A stretch of 63,396 nucleotides of DNA, counting the filler, from Octopus bimaculoides (taxonomy: Eukaryota): assembly GCF_001194135.2 (NCBI RefSeq). It is 5 parts of 5 records of this genome, joined end to end, with 100 filler letters (N's around TTAATTAATTAA, not from the genome) between each part and the next. Parts side by side here need not be neighbours in the genome. Positions count along the whole stretch, not along the records: positions 1 to 30,996 come from NC_068999.1; 4 more parts are not named here. One strand, 5' to 3'. Positions within the stretch are counted from its first letter, which is position 1; each line of letters starts with the position of its first letter. A program made the position numbers and the translations under genes. The notes under the pieces are model-generated. The model was not told the DNA's origin and did not search any database. It saw only the letters and a list, made by a program, of their open reading frames with translations. This document shows positions 12,891 to 27,190 of the stretch, in pieces.

Positions 12891-13309
12891 AATGCTGTTT
12901 ACCCTGTCAGATCTAAAGTTTCGGCTTTTTTTTTTTAAACCCCTTATTCCAAAGATGTAGATGAGAGTACAGTAACCTTTATATGAGACTGAAATATTTC
13001 AGATGTAGAAGCAAATGACACCAATAATTAAGATGCATCAAAAAGAAGTACAATTCACATCCCAAGATAATCGATATTTTGTTAATCTTAGATAACACTA
13101 TAGAAACAGTTAAATATATTAGTTGGCCATGGCATATCGTTAATTAAACTCGGGTGTTATTATGTAACAATCATGTTATTAGGTACCTCAAGATAAAAAT
13201 TATAAAACAGTCAGAACTGTTAGTTAACCTGGGACAACACTATAGAGCAAATAAACGTGTCATTGGTTTACAGTAACATAGTAAAATAAATTTTTCGTGT
13301 CATTAGTAA

Positions 13310-13534
13310 ATCCGCGATATAGAGGATAGTCGCCATTTCGCGGTACACTATTTAAGTTGACGTCGATTCCTCCGTGGTGTTGTTTTGCATTTATAATAAG
13401 ATAAATATATACAAATTATAATAAAAATAATAAAATAAAGATATACAGCATAGTACCGTTTCTACTTCACGGATTTTCACCTATCGCAGGGTGCTTTGGA
13501 ACGTAACATCCGCGATAGTCGAGAGATTACTGTA
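13310..13534. mobile_element. pogo/Tigger-like non-autonomous element, right end only
   Basis: Ends GGAACGTAACATCCGCGATAGTCGAGAGATTACTG-TA, resembling a CAGTAATC.. TIR plus TA; no matching left TIR found. Confidence 0.35.
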
Positions 13535-14773
13535 TTGGGAATCTCCAACTATAAAACAATATATTTATAATCTTGGAAATTTTCCATTTACTCAGACAGT
13601 TTGATGCTTGATATGTTTATGGTTCAGTTACAGATACTCTAACTGCCACCCTCATATTAGAGAGTAAAAATTAATTCGCCTCCATTCAGTAAAATGCAGC
13701 TACATGAAATGAAAAGTCTCATGCAGTTACATAAGATGGGAAATGCCGAATCTTACTATAAATCGTCCAATGAAAGTCAATTACCTTCACTACAATATAG
13801 AAAGACTCGTTCATTTAGAAAACTCAAAAAGAAAATGTTTTGTTGTTGTTTAACAGAAGTTATGGCAGTCTGAATAGAAGTAGTAGACCGATTATCGACA
13901 CTAATATATGACAGAGTACTCATTTACTTTGTCGAACCCAGAAGTATGAAACACAGTTTTAGTTACAAAACAATTTACAGAAAAAATGTCACATTTTTAT
14001 GAAAAAAGAAAAAAAAAGGGAATTGTTAAATTAATTTTAAAATATTCTAAGTCACTTATTATTAACTGGCAATACATGACTTGTATACAATGACAAACAC
14101 AATTTATATAACGGCATTACACGTTTGTGAGGGGGAAATCACGTTTTATTCTATCAAAAAATCACGTTTTACTTAAAATCTTAAATAAAACTTTGATATA
14201 TAAGTTATTTAACTGCGTGTATAAAAAACATTTTTTTTTCCTTGTGAAAATTTTTTATTTGATTCAAAAAGCAATATCGATGCTCTGAAGAAAGTAAATT
14301 GTTGAACGTTATCTAGCATTACTCTGATGTCACAAACGGAATAAAGAGAATAAAAATAACATTAAAAAAACCCATTGATTTTTAAGATAGGGACTCGGTT
14401 TCAAATTATACCAAGAGTGGATAATTAACTCGATCAAGAGCATGGACTTTGATCGGTTGAAACTACACCAGTATTTAGTCATTCCTTACTGGATCTCTGA
14501 AAGATTTGCACTAACCCAAAACTGCTTAGTCTTCTGTCTGGCCCTAGCGAAGCAATTCTGGCAATCCATGAAATATTAAGAATTCATATTCCAGGATGGA
14601 AGGGGAATTGGGATTCTAAGTCCTTCATGCGTTTCATAAAAGGCAATTGGAAGATCTTTAAAAGTGAATTAGTTTTGGAAAATAAGACGTCGATAACGGA
14701 CAAGTAAAATGTATTCGACGAAGACTCCGATATTATGAATAAGAGGGACTCGAGATTTAAGCCAAAGAGGTAT

Positions 14774-14819
<46 letters not shown>

Positions 14820-15399
14820 ATTTATATATATATACATCAAGTATTCATAATATATACATAACGTTTCTGTATGTACATACACACATATATCATATACACG
14901 AATCCGTAAATGGATAAATAGGTAGCAAGGAAGTGAAAGGAAGACGATGAGAGTGAGAAAAGAAAAAAAACGAGGAAGAGAGTTGAAGAGAGAGAGAGAG
15001 AGAGGGAGAGAGAGGGAAAGAGAGAGAGAGAGAGGGAAAGAGATTCAAGGTTCAGTAGTTAAGAAGTATTAATCTACAGTGTCATTTCTTCGGCTGTCAC
15101 TTGCATACACACGCAGACATACACACACGCTCATCACTTCACCAACACAACTATTATAAACCCCCACCCACCATCCCCACCACCACCACCGTTTCCACTA
15201 CCACAATCCATAACTCCCCGGCCATTCCGTAGGCAACGACGATGACTTCCTCTTTAATTTAGACGTTCATTACACACCTAACAATCATCCTCACTCTTGT
15301 TATTGCTGTTCTTAATGACAGTTTCCAAGTATTTCAACTGTGAAGTCTTGGCAGCCAATATAAATTGTGTGCGTCTGTCCTTATGAGTGTGACTGTGTG

Positions 15400-15440
<41 letters not shown>

Positions 15441-15719
15441 TGCGAACACACGTTTTTTTCTTTCTCCTATAACGATGTCTAAACGAGCACATATACCGTG
15501 AAACTCTGAGTAAAGACGCAGCAAATCGTGAAATATGTAAAAAAAAAAAAAAATGTTACATCTATTAAAGATTCTATTATCTCTTGTTTGTAGCATCGAA
15601 TCTATCTATCTATCTATCTATCTATCTATAGATCAAGTTTAACATCACGAGAAATGAAACCAAGGTGTATACATACATGAATACGCACCCCCACCCCCAT
15701 TTATATACATTCTATTATT

Positions 15720-16090
15720 CATTTATTTGTTTCAGTCATTTGATTGCAACCATGCTGGAGCACCGCCTTGAAGGGTTTTAGTTGAACAAGTTGGTAGCAG
15801 GATGTTTTTCTTTTCTTTTAAGCCTAGTACGTATCCTATTGGTTTATTTTGGCGAACCGCTAGATGGCGAGGATGTAAACACACCAACAGCGGTTGTCAA
15901 GGGATGATGGGAGGACAAAGAGACACGCACATATATATATATATGTTTCAGTTTCTGTCTACCAAATTTCACAAGGATTTGATAGGCCCGAGGGTATTGT
16001 AGAAGACATTTACCTAAGATGCCGTGCAGTGGGACTGAACCCGGAACCCTGTGGCTGGGAAGCAACCGTCTTACCATGCAGACACATACA
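15720..16090 (-). mobile_element. SINE family 1, near full length
   Basis: TTGTTTCAGTCATTTGATTGCAACCATGCTGGAGCACCGCC...GCAGTGGGACTGAACCCGGAACC...TCTTACCATGCAG. Confidence 0.85.
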
Positions 16091-16157
16091 CCTGTATACA
16101 TATTCATATTGTCTTCCTATAAGAGTTTTCTTAACCTAGACCATTTTGACATGCATG

Positions 16158-16205
<48 letters not shown>

Positions 16206-16699
16206 GCCTGTCATTCAAACATCCAGTCCTGTTACACACATTAAACATATATGCCGTAGGAAATTAAAAAAATAAAGAGTATATTAGTTACATTTATAGC
16301 TTCTTCATTTGATCACAAAGCCCAATGTTGAACGTCAAAACCGGCCGAAGGTTCATCATACACACGAATACTACATCCTGATATAAAGCAGCTATTGAAG
16401 CTGACAACGTATCAGGGATCATTCTTAGGCAATACATACAAGATATTGAAGTAAATGTTTTGTACGCATTCTTGTTAAATATTTACAGAGACGTGGGTTT
16501 GCTGACGTAGCATTACAGCTGTCCTTGGACTGTAGTTTCTATTGTACCTGTTTAAAGATTTTTATTACGCTTAATTGCGTACTCATGCATACACACACAC
16601 GTACAGAATATATATACACATTTACATAAGAATGAATATACACTTGCAAGCACAAATATGTGCATGTATATATGTGTGGGTATATATATATATATATAT

Positions 16700-16770
16700 T
16701 GAAATTTGCTCGACTAAAGGTGGTGCTCCAGCATGGCCGCAGTCAAATTGACTGAAACAAGTAAAAGAGT
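16700..16770 (+). mobile_element. SINE family 1, 3' end
   Basis: GACTAAAGGTGGTGCTCCAGCATGGCCGCAGTCAAATTGACTGAAACAAG. Confidence 0.8.
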
Positions 16771-16781
16771 ATATATAGCAG

Positions 16782-16890
16782 ACAACTGATGAAGGGTCCT
16801 TTCTCTGTTTTTACTTGTCTTGTTTTCCATTTTTCCTCGTTGTTTAAATATTTCATATTATTTGCACCGCTGGTGACGTCCTGTATTCAT
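16782..16890 (+). repeat. Short interspersed repeat starting ACAACTGATGAAGGGTCC (possible Penelope-like terminal repeat); second copy at 28012-28148
   Basis: Clear similarity to the reverse complement of 28012-28148 over ~110 bp, with the same left boundary. Confidence 0.6.
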
Positions 16891-16892
16891 AT

Positions 16893-16928
<36 letters not shown>

Positions 16929-17574
16929 NNNNNNNNNNNNNNNNNNNNNNNNNNNNNNNNNNNNNNNNNNNNNNNNNNNNNNNNNNNNNNNNNNNNNNNN
17001 NNNNNNNNNNNNNNNNNNNNNNNNNNNNNNNNNNNNNNNNNNNNNNNNNNNNNNNNNNNNNNNNNNNNNNNNNNNNNNNNNNNNNNNNNNNNNNNNNNNN
17101 NNNNNNNNNNNNNNNNNNNNNNNNNNNNNNNNNNNNNNNNNNNNNNNNNNNNNNNNNNNNNNNNNNNNNNNNNNNNNNNNNNNNNNNNNNNNNNNNNNNN
17201 NNNNNNNNNNNNNNNNNNNNNNNNNNNNNNNNNNNNNNNNNNNNNNNNNNNNNNNNNNNNNNNNNNNNNNNNNNNNNNNNNNNNNNNNNNNNNNNNNNNN
17301 NNNNNNNNNNNNNNNNNNNNNNNNNNNNNNNNNNNNNNNNNNNNNNNNNNNNNNNNNNNNNNNNNNNNNNNNNNNNNNNNNNNNNNNNNNNNNNNNNNNN
17401 NNNNNNNNNNNNNNNNNNNNNNNNNNNNNNNNNNNNNNNNNNNNNNNNNNNNNNNNNNNNNNNNNNNNNNNNNNNNNNNNNNNNNNNNNNNNNNNNNNNN
17501 NNNNNNNNNNNNNNNNNNNNNNNNNNNNNNNNNNNNNNNNNNNNNNNNNNNNNNNNNNNATATATATACATACA

Positions 17575-17725
17575 CGGCGGACCTCTTTCCAAACCCACTC
17601 ACAAGGCTTTGGTTGACCCGGGGATATAGTGGAAAACACTTGCCCAAGGTGCCACACAGTGGGACTGAACCTGGAACTATGTGGTTGGGAAGCATGCTTC
17701 TTACCACACAGCCAAGCATGCGACT
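17575..17725 (-). mobile_element. SINE family 1, 5' half
   Basis: CACTCACAAGGCTTTGG...CACTTGCCCAAGGTGCCACACAGTGGGACTGAACC...CTTACCACACAGCC. Confidence 0.85.
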
Positions 17726-17743
17726 ATATGTATGCATGTATGT

Positions 17744-17782
<39 letters not shown>

Positions 17783-17954
17783 CATACACACATATATATG
17801 CACACATATATATAAATAAATATATAAATATGTTTGTGTGCGCGCGCGTGTATCCACATATATGTATATGTAGATACATTTGTACGTATGTGCGTGTATA
17901 TATATGGATACATATATGTATGCACGTATATATATATATATATATATATATATA

Positions 17955-17990
<36 letters not shown>

Positions 17991-18446
17991 ATGTTTATGT
18001 GTATATACGGTATACAGAGAGGCATGGAGGTATGCAATAATTGTGTGTGAAATTACGTGTGAATGTTTGTGACTACTTCTACTACTACTTTTTCTTCTTT
18101 TCCATAAGTCAATCAAATAAGCCAGATTTGTAAAGATACTGAATTCAAATGTTAACTCCAGTTGACAAATCACTAACCGTGTCTTGACATAAAACTGATG
18201 TTATTACAAAACAAATCACATGTTTCATAAAAACAACAACAACAACAAAACACAACTTTATTCTAATTAGCCTCAAGTCAATTACGCAATTGCTGTTTAT
18301 TTTACTTGTCAGTTTTTTTGTTGTTTATTTTTTTTTACATTTTATTTTCTCGTTTCATTAATTCTTTTTGTTTCTATTTCGTTTTGCCATGTTTGCTCGA
18401 TTTTCTGTTGAGGCTTTTGTCTTGTCTTCAAGTCTTTCATTTAAAA

Positions 18447-18452
<6 letters not shown>

Positions 18453-18536
<84 letters not shown>
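18453..18536. repeat. (ACT)n microsatellite
   Basis: Direct reading. Confidence 0.95.
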
Positions 18537-18641
18537 GATGTTACCGTTTTTGATGTTGCTGTTGTCCATTCTCAACACATTTGCCATTCCAATAACTTCT
18601 AGAAAAAATACATTTTCTTGTTTTTTCCCCGTTTACATTTA

Positions 18642-18696
<55 letters not shown>

Positions 18697-18865
18697 GGTT
18701 ATGTCAGTTTGTTTATGCTATAAGTTGTTTAATTTTTTCTCTTTTCATTTAGCACATATACCCACATTCTTAATTAAAACACGTACGTGTACAGATATAT
18801 ATCTATATAAAGAAACACGTGCTAATGCATATTTAAAAATGTATACGCGTGTATGTATATATATC

Positions 18866-18896
<31 letters not shown>

Positions 18897-18965
18897 GTAT
18901 ATACATGCATGTGTGTGTATTTATATGTATACATCCACATCTGTATAGCTATTTATCGACCCGTG

Positions 18966-19015
<50 letters not shown>

Positions 19016-19569
19016 CATACATTATATATATATATATATATACACATACATACATACATACATACACACATGCTGTTGAATATTTGGTTAACTGAGTACA
19101 CACAGGATCTCTTTTCATTCAGGTGTACGACTCACCTACTCCTCTGTGTGTGTGAAACAACTAATCAAATAGCTCCCTTGTGTGTGTGCGTGCGTGTATA
19201 GATAGATATACACACATACATATATATGTATGTAAGTGGTGGTATTCGAAACACCCCTAAGTGATGTCAAGTTATATCAAATGGTCTCCTAGTGACGTCA
19301 CCGCAGACTGTCTAATGACCTAAGAATAAACTCCTTGTGTTGATGTTACAATAAACACCCTAAAATGACATTATGTTGAATACACAGCAGTTGAACATAA
19401 CTTAGCAGAATCGCAGTAGTGCGTCTAACAAAATGCATTTCGGTATATTTTTAATACTCGTATGTGTTTTTACTTCAGTTCCTGTTGTGGTTAAATTTAC
19501 CTTCATCTTGTCGGGGTAGCCGGAATAAAGACCTGAACATAATTGGGGTAGATTTATAGTCTTCTAATG

Positions 19570-19826
19570 CAAGAGTTCTCAACCAGGGTCTATATGCCCC
19601 TTTGGGAATCCATTTAAAACCCTATTGTTAAAATTTATGTGCAACAGATTGTTTATACTTCTACACGATAGAAATATTAATTTTTTTTTTCAAATACAAT
19701 TCTTTAGAATGATTAATTATAAACATGTTATAGGATTTTTTTTAACATTGAATAATTATAAGGGTCCACTCGAATAAAGACGGGATCAAAGGGGATTCAT
19801 TAGGAGGGAATGATTGAAAACCACTG
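19570..19826. mobile_element. Degenerate hAT (Charlie-like) MITE
   Basis: Left CAAGAGTTCTCAACCAGGGTC and right GATTGAAAACCACTG resemble a CAGTGGTTCTCAAC-type TIR; the 8-bp TSD is not recognisable. Confidence 0.5.
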
Positions 19827-20884
19827 CGAATAGGAATGAAATTGTGACAGGAGACAATATAACATGACAATGCAGTTGTGTTAAAGAAAACTGAGCAAAA
19901 TATTACACGATGACATCTGAGTCTTAAACATTCAAACTAGAGCTAAGACACCATTTAGTCAAAGATGTACTCAGTGAACATGGACCCATATTAGATAACA
20001 CGAACAGCAGCAGCAGCGACACCACCACCACCACCACCACCACCACCAACAACAACAACAACGACAGAACACACTCAAAACCGTTTCTGAAAACATAGGT
20101 CAAGCATTAAAAGTAGCTGGTGTGAATTAGTAACTCGAAGGAGATACCAAGTTTATGGAAGAAATTGGTAAGGGATAGTTGAGGAGAAGCTGAAGAAGGA
20201 GGGTAAAAAACTGATAAAAAAAATAAAAAAACTGTGCACGTCTTGTTGTTGTTGGTACGATGGTTGTTATTTGAGGAGATGGTAAATTTCCTATAGTTTT
20301 TGTGGGATGTCCTTTAACTGTGATAAAGATGATGATATCTCTGTGTGTGCGCGTGCCTGTGTATATATATATATATATATATATATNNNNNNNNNNNNNN
20401 NNNNNNNNNNNNNNNNNNNNNNNNNNNNNNNNNNNNNNNNNNNNNNNNNNNNNNNNNNNNNNNNNNNNNNNNNNNNNNNNNNNNNNNNNNNNNNNNNNNN
20501 NNNNNNNNNNNNNNNNNNNNNNNNNNNNNNNNNNNNNNNNNNNNNNNNNNNNNNNNNNNNNNNNNNNNNNNNNNNNNNNNNNNNNNNNNNNNNNNNNNNN
20601 NNNNNNNNNNNNNNNNNNNNTTTTTAAGCCAAGTATATTCATATATAAAATACGCTTTGAAATGAGAGAAAAGAGCACTCAATAAATGCTCTGATAAATG
20701 TATATGTATATATATACTATATACATACATACCTGGAGGAAGAAGAAAAAAGAATTTATATATATATATTATTCGGCACAGTTAATGATTCCCTTTTCTC
20801 TCACTGTATGTATGTATATATGTATATGTATGTATATATTCCATGTTGGCCGTAGCCACATAGATGAAAGAACTAGAAGAAAAT

Positions 20885-20923
<39 letters not shown>

Positions 20924-21240
20924 ACTCTGCATATATGATCATTAAACAGTTAATGATTCCCTACTGCATTAGTAAAAGCCTCACATACACAAAGTGTGTC
21001 TAAGATCTAGTTGTGTGTGTGTGTGTGTGTGAGTTTATATATAGAGCTCTGGGTGAAAGTTCAACTAAAGAGACACTACACAGTAGATTTGATAAATAAT
21101 TTTAGCTTGGGCAAGAAAATAAGGCAGAGGGTGGGCTGTACAGGGAGGGAAAAGGGGAGGAAAGAGAGAAAGGGAATCAGATGTGAAAGAGACAGGAGGT
21201 GGTAAGATGATGTAACAATAGGTTTATTCAGTATGATATA

Positions 21241-21303
<63 letters not shown>

Positions 21304-21665
21304 NNNNNNNNNNNNNNNNNNNNNNNNNNNNNNNNNNNNNNNNNNNNNNNNNNNNNNNNNNNNNNNNNNNNNNNNNNNNNNNNNNNNNNNNNNNNNNNNN
21401 NNNNNNNNNNNNNNNNNNNNNNNNNNNNNNNNNNNNNNNNNNNNNNNNNNNNNNNNNNNNNNNNNNNNNNNNNNNNNNNNNNNNNNNNNNNNNNNNNNNN
21501 NNNNNNNNNNNNNNNNNNNNNNNNNNNNNNNNNNNNNNNNNNNNNNNNNNNNNNNNNNNNNNNNNNNNNNNNNNNNNNNNNNNNNNNNNNNNNNNNNNNN
21601 NNNNNNNNNNNNNNNNNNNNNNNNNNNNNNNNNNNNNNNNNNNNNNNNNNNNNNAACACATTAGT

Positions 21666-21750
<85 letters not shown>

Positions 21751-21976
21751 TACACACACGCACCCATATATAATATATATATATATACTATATTGTATGT
21801 ATATAATATATAAATTCCTATTATATATTATATAGTATGTATATGTATATTGTATAGTATGTATTTATATATATTGTATAGCATGTATATATATATATAT
21901 ATTATATAGTATATATCTATTATATTGTATGTATACATTAAATATGGTATTATATGTATATTATATTATATATTGT

Positions 21977-22033
<57 letters not shown>

Positions 22034-22151
22034 TATATGTATATATATCTTGCATATATATATATTATTGTATGTATATAATATATTAAATCTAACATAT
22101 GTGTGGTATATATTATGTATTTTACATATATACACACGCTCATATTATATC

Positions 22152-22195
<44 letters not shown>

Positions 22196-22584
22196 TACAT
22201 ACATACACACAAACGTATATATTTTTACTATATCTGTGATATATGTATATTATATATATAAACATATATTACACAGACAAACATACACACGCATAACATG
22301 TATATATATATGAAAGCGCTGAGTGCAATACAGTCGGACTTAAATCTGGTGCGCAATACACCACCCAGGGATAGGACGCTAGTCCTTATTCTGCATAATT
22401 TAAGAATAATTGCATAACGAGCCCGACAATATTTGACTAAAAACTTATTTATAAATATACATGCAGATATTGTGATTCCCAGCAGTCCTACATGTTCTCG
22501 TAAGAGAATGCAAAGGTGGTTTCCCCGTTCCTTTCCATGACTAATTTTCATTTTCCTTATTTTTTTTCTTTTTTTCAGTAATGT

Positions 22585-22970
22585 ACCATCTTTTCAGCTG
22601 TTGCCAATTCTGAGAGAGCGAGGTCGAGATTCTACCCCAATATTCCACTGGTATTTTGTTTACTGCCACCCTCTCTACCGTTAACAATAGGCCATTCGGT
22701 AACCTCGGTAGAATTTGATCTGAGAGCACCGGCAGAAATACTGCAAAGTATTCTGTCTGATGTTCTACGGCCTGTCTTAATTCGCTTCAATTATTATATA
22801 GTATGTATATATTTTATGTATATACGATTGTCCCAGTACATGATAGCCAATCGAGCTGAAGTTAATTTTGTTGAGTTCAAACCATGCCGAAGTTAGCACT
22901 GCCCTTCATCCTCTCAGGACCGTTAATGTAAGGTACCAAGTTAAGAATTAGGATTGATTTAATATTCTGA
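22585..22970. mobile_element. Two old SINE family 2 remnants (minus, then plus)
   Basis: CTCGGTAGAATTTGATCTGAGAGC (minus) and TGAGTTCAAACCATGCCGAAGTTAGCACTGCCCTTCATCCTCTCAGG (plus). Confidence 0.45.
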
Positions 22971-23099
22971 CCAAATCAATTTAGATGTAAATGAGATTAT
23001 CATGTAGACTAAAATTAACAAATTTCTGAAAGCTATCAACTACTTCTGTAGAGCTTTCTGAGAATCTGAAGAAATCTATTACATGGTTGCTCTTATTGC

Positions 23100-23460
23100 C
23101 AGCTAATTCTGCGTCTTCGCTCTCTATCAACTCTTTTGTGATCCCTCTACACCTATATTTTGCATTGAGTACTTTATATAAAATTCCTGCTTACACACGT
23201 CCTGCATTTCAACCATGTTCACTTTCCAGACGCGAGTCCTCTCTTTATTCTTGCTAACTTTATCTTTTGTTTTAATAAATTTACTTTCAGAATTCTTGAT
23301 TTTACTCTTACTGCCACGCTTGGATTTTGCTTCACTAAATCTATGACATCGTGATATCTGAGCTTCTAAGGACAGCCGGTTTGAAACTGCCTGGAGAACT
23401 TCAACAAACAGGAGCTCATATTCGAAACCGGAAGGAAACCTACTGGCACACACTAAATGT
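23100..23460 (-). pseudogene. Possible decayed LINE ORF1-like (RRM-type) fragment
   Basis: ISRCHRF...SKFIKTKDKVSKNKER...EMQDVCK loosely resembles the IDRAHR..IVKF..K..K.L..I.EDL pattern of CR1/L2/L1 ORF1; weak. Confidence 0.25.
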
Positions 23461-23742
23461 CTTTAATTCTCAACTTCTTGACTGTTTCTGTACACTAATC
23501 CAATCATCAACATTAGTTTTCCTAGCAAACAGACAACGGATTGTGGAACCCTAATCATATATATATACTTGTATGCATTCGTATACATACACATATATGT
23601 ATATATTTATGTACGCTTGTATATCTTACGATAAACAGAAAGAAAGATGTCTACAGTCAAGAATGCATCGAGATTAATTAGTTATAAACCCTGCATCATA
23701 CACATACACACTGAGGAGTGCGTGCACATACACAAACGTATA

Positions 23743-23790
<48 letters not shown>

Positions 23791-23908
23791 TCACTGAGGT
23801 CGTTCTTCACACTACTTAGAATTTTCACGATACGATTTCGAATGTGACACTATGAGGGAGCATATAAACGCACTCACACACATGTCTGTATATATATATA
23901 TATAACAC

Positions 23909-23946
<38 letters not shown>

Positions 23947-24044
23947 CAAATCAAAAATAAAGAAACACAGGAAAACAACAAAAGTCAGACGAATACACTA
24001 AAAATATCAGACGTAAGTCATAGATGGAAAAATAGCAGTTGAAA

Positions 24045-24072
24045 TAACATTTCGAGCATGGCTCTTCATCGG
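24045..24072 (-). ncRNA. Mutated hammerhead core (Penelope-like terminal repeat remnant)
   Basis: CCGATGA-A-GAGC-CAT-GCTC-GAAA-TGTTA; U4 mutated to C, helix I not evident. Confidence 0.35.
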
Positions 24073-24619
24073 GAAGATGAAGAATGCCAGAGGGGAGACA
24101 CAAAGGGAAAGAACAGATACACACAGACACACTGAGAGATATTAAAGTATTATAAAGTAGGTTCGTATATTACAATATTATAAAATATGTTCGTTTAAAA
24201 GAGCTTATTTACCTCTTTTACAGAGAAAAGTAGTTAATTTTTCATATATATCTAATATTTTAATCTATAAGACCGCTTATATAGGTTTGAATTTTTCAAA
24301 TTTTTTCGGTGCAATTATTGTGCTATATTCGGAGACAAACTTATTGGAGAAATACTCACACACGCACATTAAGCAAATATTGCATGTATGCATATCTCCA
24401 TGGTGTTCAGCTTCGGCTGCCTTCACCACAAAACAACTTGAGCAGATCTGCACCCATGTAAATAGGTTGAGCCTATTATAACGGGCATGAGGAATTCCCC
24501 GGAAGGGACAGAAGTCTAATTTGGTGAAGAACAACAGAATCCCCGCTTTAGAGAACATGAAAATAAATAAGTATATACTTCACAATCGTAACTTTTATTT
24601 ATCTCTATTGTGAACAGAT

Positions 24620-24935
24620 CTAAGTCACAGTAGACAAAATACTTAGCGACACTTCGTTCGTCTTTACGTGTTGAGTTCAAATTCCACCGAGCTCGGCTTA
24701 GGTTTTCATCCTTTCGGAGTCGATACACCGTATTTTAATGTATATATGGAACCCTTTTTTTTTTTTGTCCAAAATCAGGTTTAAAGAATATGGGATTTTC
24801 TTATACATGGATAGTATTATAATCCCTTACAAAATCATTTCTTCCAAATTTTAAGTCCCCAAAATAAGGGGATTCCTTATATACGATAAAATAAGGTAAT
24901 ACGTACCAGTTGAACACTGGGGTCGATATGATCGA
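24620..24935 (+). mobile_element. SINE family 2 interrupted by a MITE
   Basis: GAGTTCAAATTCCACCGAGCTCGGCTTAGGTTTTCATCCTTTCGGAGTCGATA resumes after the insert as TAATACGTACCAGTTGAACACTGGGGTCGAT. Confidence 0.75.
24728..24896. mobile_element. 169-bp MITE with ~27-bp TIRs (Tc1/mariner-pogo-like)
   Basis: Left CCGTATTTTAATGTATATATGGAACCC; right (revcomp) CCTTATTTTATCGTATATAAGGAATCC; TA on the right flank. Confidence 0.65.
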
Positions 24936-25613
24936 ACAACTTTTTTCCCACTAAATTTCAGGACTTGTGCTTATAGTAGATAATATTATGATCACTCCTG
25001 TTTTCTATAACTACTCAAAACTTTATAAATGGCCACATTATCAGGTGTATACTCTCATACTATGTTATTTTCTTTAATGTCTTAATTGAAAATACTGCAC
25101 CTTACAGGCAATGCCGCATGACACACATACAATAAATCTAAAAATAACTGTAAACAGAATTTTATTGTAAAAATTCGTCGCTTTCAGAGTATGCCATAAA
25201 GTATTGCTAAAATTTACCAGTGTATTATTTCACAAAACAGGGGAACCAGTTGAGCAATTTAGAGACAGAATGAAGTGGTGACATATCTATCGTTTGCAAA
25301 GAGGGATAACGTATTCAAAATACGGGTTTAGTGAGCGGTAGCATCAATACTTGCCAAGGACAAAAAGAATAACCATTAACACAACATATTAGGGAGGAGA
25401 GCCTGGAATAGTTTAGTGAACCGCGAAGTTAAAAAAGAGTTCCTTTGTATATGAAGAGTAGGTAAACGTAGTTTTAACCTCACCGTGCACTTGTGTTTGT
25501 GGTTTATCTGGAATGAGTTGAGATGGTTCGAATCTATGAATCACCAACACTATGTAAAGTAGCCGACCATAGGAACAACAAAGATATGACACTGACATTC
25601 CATACATCATTCG

Positions 25614-25645
<32 letters not shown>

Positions 25646-26067
25646 ACACATACACACAGAATAATCTTCTTTAGTTCTCTCGGTAAATATAGGATAATGA
25701 CTGCACTGAAGTGATTTTACAATCGAAACCAGTGAATGCTGATAGACAATTAAACGCTTGGAATAAGGATCTATTAGTTGACGAGGGTGCATGCATTGCT
25801 CCAGACAATTATATTTGCATATGTTTTCAGGTAAGGGGGCACGAGTTATAAAAAGGATACAAGAAGATTTGAACCTGGATCTGATGTGATAGGCATATTT
25901 GGAAGATGGTATGCTAAAGTAACAATAGCGCTTCTCTCCAACTTGACATAACAATATGCTTGAAATTATAACCCAAAAGTTCGCATATAAACAAACGCCT
26001 CCAAGTGTATCTGACTTCAAAATGGAGAACATATATAAAGTATTCCTAGATATTACCATGGCGGTTG

Positions 26068-26101
26068 AACCAAACCAAACCAAACCAAACCAAACCAAAC
26101 C
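26068..26101. repeat. (AACCA)n pentanucleotide microsatellite
   Basis: Direct reading. Confidence 0.9.
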
Positions 26102-26193
26102 TAGGGACCTCGAACTTAAAGACAAACAACACAGCACACACAGACACACGCGCGCACACACACATAAAACGAAGTATTAATTGGTTACAAGAC

Positions 26194-26237
<44 letters not shown>

Positions 26238-26865
26238 GTATGTATATATCCACATACATATATACATTTAACTCGACGGCGAACTGATGCTTATACACAA
26301 GAACAAGGATGAAAAATGTTAATATATACTATTATAAATAATGAACGGCGTGTTTATGTGGAGACACTAGTTTTCGTCCTATCGGACTCTCGCGTCTTTA
26401 TATCCTCTCATATGAATACTTCTCAGAACTCAAATACAGACACGCATAAACACACACATATATGTTTATATACACGTATATATGTGTAAAAGACACACAC
26501 ACACACACACACATATATATGCGTGTGGGAGTACATATTTTTAATAGGGGCGTGCTGGAGTTTGTGAAAACAAGTTTCAGTGCAAGATATTCCTTGCGGA
26601 ATGATATACAGTCTTACGTAGGTATACACATTATAATTAACATAAAAATATAAACTATACATATACTAAATATAACCCGAACATATACATACACTCACAT
26701 ACATACGTATAAATATATATATATTATATACATACAAATAAGCACACATCTATGTGAATATATACATATACACATATATAAACAAACATATACACATGTG
26801 AATATATATATGTATATATATGCACAAACATTATATATGTGTGTATATATACATACAATTATATA

Positions 26866-26914
<49 letters not shown>

Positions 26915-26970
26915 GCACAAACACACTCACACATATACATAACCTGTGAATATATATACACACATTATGT

Positions 26971-27017
<47 letters not shown>

Positions 27018-27115
27018 TTATACACATATGTGAATATATATGTACATGAAATTCCTTCAGGTAAATTATTAAAATATTTATAATTCGCAAGGTTTTCTGT
27101 TTCACATACGCATAT

Positions 27116-27190
<75 letters not shown>

